Source: Nitrosopumilus sp. (GTDB lineage Archaea; Thermoproteota; Nitrososphaeria; Nitrososphaerales; Nitrosopumilaceae). Taken from it: a stretch of DNA of 64,000 nt. The notes beneath the pieces were generated by a model. It did no database searches and was not told the origin of the DNA. It was given only the letters and a program-made list of their open reading frames with translations. Of this stretch, positions 59,794 through 64,000 are shown in pieces; within the stretch, counting starts at the first letter, position 1; each line of letters starts with the position of its first letter. The stretch is from contig OZ243974.1 of assembly GCA_965214775.1 (NCBI GenBank), forward strand, positions 2,496,001 through 2,560,000, written 5' to 3'. Both the position numbers and the translations under genes were made by a program.

Positions 59794-59977
59794 ATGATCA
59801 TTTCCTTTTGCCTATGCAGACATGACATGCGTCCGGCAACGCCGTGTTTGTCCAGTCCTGCTTTGCACATCCGTCATGCCTTGCTCGTCATGTCTTGGTA
59901 TTCTGGCGTATTCATTTGACTGCTTTTTTCCCAGTTTCACCTTCTGTGATATGTTCAAAGATGAATGTCACTTCTCG

Positions 59978-60151
59978 TCACTTCTTTTTTGTTTCTTCAT
60001 CTTTTGTCAACAATCCCAATTCTTTTAGATTTTCCTCATATTCCTTTTCAGTCATCTTTCCTTCTTTAGGTCCATCGTGCCATACTTTTATCACACGCCT
60101 ATCATCCATATACAAAATTGCATGTTTGCCCTTTCTAAATCTGGTAATCAT
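59978..60151 (-). CDS. 57-aa hypothetical protein
   Basis: Manual translation MITRFRKGKHAILYMDDRRVIKVWHDGPKEGKMTEKEYEENLKELGLLTKDEETKKK. Confidence 0.5.
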   Translation of the reverse strand: MITRFRKGKHAILYMDDRRVIKVWHDGPKEGKMTEKEYEENLKELGLLTKDEETKKK

Positions 60152-60318
60152 CTTTGCTTCTCCGTTACCGTTCTATCTATTGCATGTTTGTACGAGTTCA
60201 GCCTTCCCAGAAGTACGTGATTCATGACTGTGCAGATGGCGGCGGGCGAATCTGTAGGTATCATAATTTAATTTGTTTCAAATCTGGGGCCGTTTTCTGG
60301 GTTACTTTTGGGAAGACT

Positions 60319-60403
60319 GGAGTTTATCCCTTGGGCGTCACTGATGTCTGGAGCCTTTATGATCACGCCTGTCACATCGTATCTCAGGTGAGGGGTAAAC
60401 TCG
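60319..60403 (-). mobile_element. Family-B MITE (85 bp)
   Basis: GGAGTTTATCCC ... GGGGTAAACTCG-TA; reverse complement matches the 22340 copy. Confidence 0.8.
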
Positions 60404-60868
60404 TACGGATGTTTCCCTGCTGCCTCATTGAATTCCTTGACCATCCCATCGCCAAATACATTCTCCGCGTATTTTTCCCCGTATTTCTCGTATCTGCTGC
60501 CACGTTTGGAATTTTCACCGGCAATCCCTGCTTGCTGCCTTGATATGCAGGACAACAGAGGGCTTTTGCCCCATGGCTGACTTTTTGAATCTGATCGATT
60601 CAAACTCGGGGTTTTCAGCAAAAGTCTTCCCGGTCAAATCCCGGCTCTGCAGACTTTCAAACGACATGTACGGTTTTTGAGAAGATTTGCGTTTTTTCAT
60701 TATTTCAAACTCGTTTTTGACTTTGCCTTTGTCGCCGCATCTAAGGCATGCCGACAAAATTATTTTGGACCAGCAAATGTCAAGGATCTTCATGACGGAA
60801 TAATTTCGGCATTCTAGAATCAATCCAGACAAAGTCTAAATTATAGCAGACAGGAATTCCTCTGTATC

Positions 60869-62545
60869 ATGGAAATATCCAGTCAAAACGTGGTAGGCGG
60901 AACGGCCCGTGCGCCTCACAGAGCAATGTACAAAGCCATGGGACTAGATGACAACGATCTGAGCAAACCGTTCATTGGCGTTTGTCACACAGGCAACGAA
61001 GCAACACCGTGTAACATTTTGCTGCCATCTTTGGCAGAACATGCAAAGCTCGGAGTTGCAGAAAATGGCGCAACACCCAGAATTTTTTCCACCATTGCAG
61101 TAAGTGACGGAATTGCAATGGGTCATGAAGGAATGAAATCCTCTTTGATTTCAAGGGAAATCATTGCAGATTCCATCGAATTGATGGTAAGGGCACACCA
61201 GTATGACGGAATCGTAGGCATTGCCGGTTGCGACAAGAGTCTGCCAGGAACAATGATGGCCATGGCCAGGTTGAATCTGCCATCGGTCTTTGTTTATGGC
61301 GGAACAATTATGCCGGGAATTTTAGATGGAAAAGAGCTTACAGTTGTGGATGTTTATGAGGCAGTGGGAGCTTATGATGCAGGACAAATATCGCTTGAGA
61401 TGCTAAAAAATATTGAAAACACTGCGTGTCCCAATTCAGGTTCGTGCGGAGGGATGTTTACTGCAAACACCATGGCATCGATTTCTGAAGCAATAGGTCT
61501 TGCATTGCCAGGAAGTGCCAGTCCGCCGGCTGAGGATGAAAGAAGACAAAAAATTGTTCATGACACGGGAGCTGCGTGTGCAAAATTACTGGAATCAGGA
61601 ATAAAACCACGCGAAATTATGACATATGAAGCGTTTGAAAACGCAATTACGATGCTAAACGCTGTTGGCGGCTCAACTAACGGGATTTTACACCTGTTAT
61701 CCATGGCAAATGAAGCCAGAGTCGGATTAACGTATGATGATTTTGAGAGAATTAGAAAAAAGACGCCGCATATTGCAGACATGAAACCCGGTGGAAATTA
61801 TGTGATGAACAGCCTTGACAAAATTGGCGGAATCCCGTTTATTCTAAAGAAATTGGCAAGACATGGACTGCTAAACGGGGACTGCATTACAGTTACGGGA
61901 AAGACAGTACAACAGAACCTGGATTCAATGAACATCCAAGAGCGTGAACAGTCAGTTATCAGACCCGTGGACAACCCGATTCATCCCGTAGGAACCGCAG
62001 TAATTCTCAAAGGAACTCTGGCACCAGAAGGTGCAGTAATCAAAACCGCGGGAGTTGAGATGACCGAATTCAAGGGCAAAGCCAGAGTATTTGACAGAGA
62101 GGAACATGCGTTTGATGCAGTCTCCAAAGGAGAGGTTGAAGAAGGGCATGTCATTGTAATCAGATACGAAGGACCAAAAGGCGGTCCTGGTATGAGAGAG
62201 ATGCTTGCAACAACTGCCGCACTTGTTGGTCAGGGTTTGGGGAAAAAAGTTGCAATGGTTACTGATGGAAGATTCTCCGGTGGGACAAGGGGATTCATGG
62301 TGGGACACGTTGCACCTGAAGCATATGTCGGTGGGCCAATCGCCTTGATTAAAGACGGTGATGAGATTACCATAGATACGGAAACCACGGTCATTGATCT
62401 TCATGTATCTGAGGAGGAGCTGGCAAAAAGAAGGGCAGAATGGAAAAAACCAGAGCCAAATTACACGTCAGGCGCATTGGCAAAATATGCATCACTTGTA
62501 GGCTCGTCTGCCAAAGGAGCAATTACGATTCCAAAATTTGATTAA
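60869..62545 (+). CDS. ilvD: Dihydroxy-acid dehydratase
   Basis: [33 protein letters not shown]. Confidence 0.96.
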   Translation: MEISSQNVVGGTARAPHRAMYKAMGLDDNDLSKPFIGVCHTGNEATPCNILLPSLAEHAKLGVAENGATPRIFSTIAVSDGIAMGHEGMKSSLISREIIADSIELMVRAHQYDGIVGIAGCDKSLPGTMMAMARLNLPSVFVYGGTIMPGILDGKELTVVDVYEAVGAYDAGQISLEMLKNIENTACPNSGSCGGMFTANTMASISEAIGLALPGSASPPAEDERRQKIVHDTGAACAKLLESGIKPREIMTYEAFENAITMLNAVGGSTNGILHLLSMANEARVGLTYDDFERIRKKTPHIADMKPGGNYVMNSLDKIGGIPFILKKLARHGLLNGDCITVTGKTVQQNLDSMNIQEREQSVIRPVDNPIHPVGTAVILKGTLAPEGAVIKTAGVEMTEFKGKARVFDREEHAFDAVSKGEVEEGHVIVIRYEGPKGGPGMREMLATTAALVGQGLGKKVAMVTDGRFSGGTRGFMVGHVAPEAYVGGPIALIKDGDEITIDTETTVIDLHVSEEELAKRRAEWKKPEPNYTSGALAKYASLVGSSAKGAITIPKFD

Positions 62546-62599
62546 GTGGTCAATCTGCCTGCGGGATCCAGAAGTTTGCCCGGCATTAATCGGGCGCCA

Positions 62600-62685
62600 A
62601 AAGCCGTTTCTGACAATTGTGGTTTTGGATACAAACTCCCTATCGGCATCTGTCGGCACCAAAATTCGTTTCTGAACTTCCAGTA
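62600..62685. repeat. Dispersed repeat family E, copy 3 (diverged)
   Basis: AAGCCGTTT...ATCGGCATCTGTCGGCACCAAAATTCGTTTCTGAAC. Confidence 0.55.
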
Positions 62686-62933
62686 TGACCTGTTACAAAC
62701 CAGGCCGGATTATCCAATTAGGCGACAGCCCCGTTCAGTCGTCATTAGGGAACCTGTATCCGCTCTGACAACATGGCAAAGAATTTAGAAAATCAGGCCG
62801 GATTGCCGAATTATGGAACCGACCTCCGTAAAACGATAAACACATCATATTCTTCTTTGCAGATCATAAGCAATACGGCAAACGATGACTTGAAGATGAA
62901 TATGCCAATCCGAGTGGATCAAGGCCGATCTTG

Positions 62934-64000
62934 CTAAGAATCCTCTTCTATCCCGAGCACGTCATGGTATGCCCTTGGAATCATCTGCTGTGCCTTGAAT
63001 AATACGTTATTTACTGCAGTGTCAAGAACATATGTCCGGGCCCAGTCCTCCTCACTTCTGATAGAGCGTCCAAAGCCCTGCAAAATTTTGGTCAGAGTCT
63101 GTGAAGTGTACCATAAAGGAAATTTCTCCATCTTTGCCCTGGTTCTTTTTTCAGTATAGTTTGGATATGGCACTTTGGCGATGATTTGAAACCTAGACAG
63201 CTCATCTTTCAGGTCGACGCCTTCCCACAATGATGATGACAGTAGTACCCCGGTTGGGTCGGCGGCATGCTCAGAAATCACCTCGTCTTGGGTTTTTCCG
63301 TCTTTATTCACACTATGACAAAGCCTGATTCTTTTGGTGTTTTTTGGAGAAAGATATCGCAAGATTTTCCGACATCTGGGAATGGAGGAAGTAAGAACCA
63401 GCCCTCTTTCAGACGAATGTTCATCAAGAATCCTATCGATCACTTTGACGACTTCGATCTCATCTTCGTCAGTAGAGCCGTAGCTAAGACGTCTTATGTT
63501 CAAAAGATCAACCTTTCGATTTTCTAATGCAAAAGGCGATTTTTCTGTATCGACAAAGGCAACATCGTCCTTTTCAAAACCCATGTTTTCGCAAAACCCG
63601 GACTTTTCGATTGTGGCAGACATGAAAACCTGGTGTTCAGTTTCAAAAAATGTTTTTGCAAATTTGGAGATGTCAACCGGCTTTACAGAAATGGTTCTAA
63701 AATTTCCATCAAGATCTTTTACGGGATCATTCACGACAAAATTATCCTTGTCATGGGAAATGTCGATTTTAGCTTGAGCTGCTTTGTCATAACGCCTTTC
63801 CAATCTTGTAATCAGTTCATAGTTGGGATTGCTTTGGAATGCTGCACTTTCTTTAATGTCCTTGATCTGCTTTGCGTATGAATGTGCAATGTCATCAGTT
63901 AATTTTATCATCGAATCCAAGTCAGAAAAACTATAGTTTTCAGTGTTCAGTCGACATTCGTCTACGTGAGTGCTGAAGATATCAAACCCTACAAATTGAA
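62934..64000 (-). CDS. DinG/XPD-family helicase, C-terminal part (runs off the window)
   Basis: MSAT, EGVD, KVPYP, QGFGRSIRS..D. Confidence 0.9.
   Translation of the reverse strand, partial: QFVGFDIFSTHVDECRLNTENYSFSDLDSMIKLTDDIAHSYAKQIKDIKESAAFQSNPNYELITRLERRYDKAAQAKIDISHDKDNFVVNDPVKDLDGNFRTISVKPVDISKFAKTFFETEHQVFMSATIEKSGFCENMGFEKDDVAFVDTEKSPFALENRKVDLLNIRRLSYGSTDEDEIEVVKVIDRILDEHSSERGLVLTSSIPRCRKILRYLSPKNTKRIRLCHSVNKDGKTQDEVISEHAADPTGVLLSSSLWEGVDLKDELSRFQIIAKVPYPNYTEKRTRAKMEKFPLWYTSQTLTKILQGFGRSIRSEEDWARTYVLDTAVNNVLFKAQQMIPRAYHDVLGIEEDS

Noticed and set aside
60268-60621. 117-aa ORF as a real gene
   Set aside because: It reads through a family-B MITE; probably fortuitous

Overview
A 64-kb chromosomal segment from an ammonia-oxidising archaeon (Nitrososphaeria; Nitrosopumilus-like gene content). 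The backbone is ordinary housekeeping: type II GAPDH, thrC, thiolase/DUF35, purK/purE/purP, ilvA, ilvD, tRNA-Phe(GAA), gatCAB-aspS, phnCDE, cbtAB, aRF1 and a DinG/XPD helicase. Overlaid on it is a very dense layer of decaying mobile DNA: IS630, IS5 (ISL2-like) and IS66 remnants, at least five families of 85-190 bp MITE-like elements (several nested), and two TIR-less dispersed repeats. There are also many simple-sequence and tandem-repeat expansions inside genes, and a GC-rich 1833-aa LVIVD/Ig-like surface protein. Together these suggest a host-associated (e.g. sponge-symbiont) lineage; that is inference. The most notable observations are: (i) an 88-bp MITE flanked by TG/TG rather than TA, which cleanly interrupts a DUF5678-like/aspartyl-protease gene pair and whose exact removal restores the frame; (ii) a toxin-first RelE-like/wHTH pair split by a MITE; (iii) an acylphosphatase with a perfect heptad array; (iv) a natural (EAAAK)n protein; (v) several Cys/His-rich microproteins missed by the ORF track. 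No CRISPR array, rRNA or reverse transcriptase was seen. All assignments come from manual motif recognition; no searches were run.
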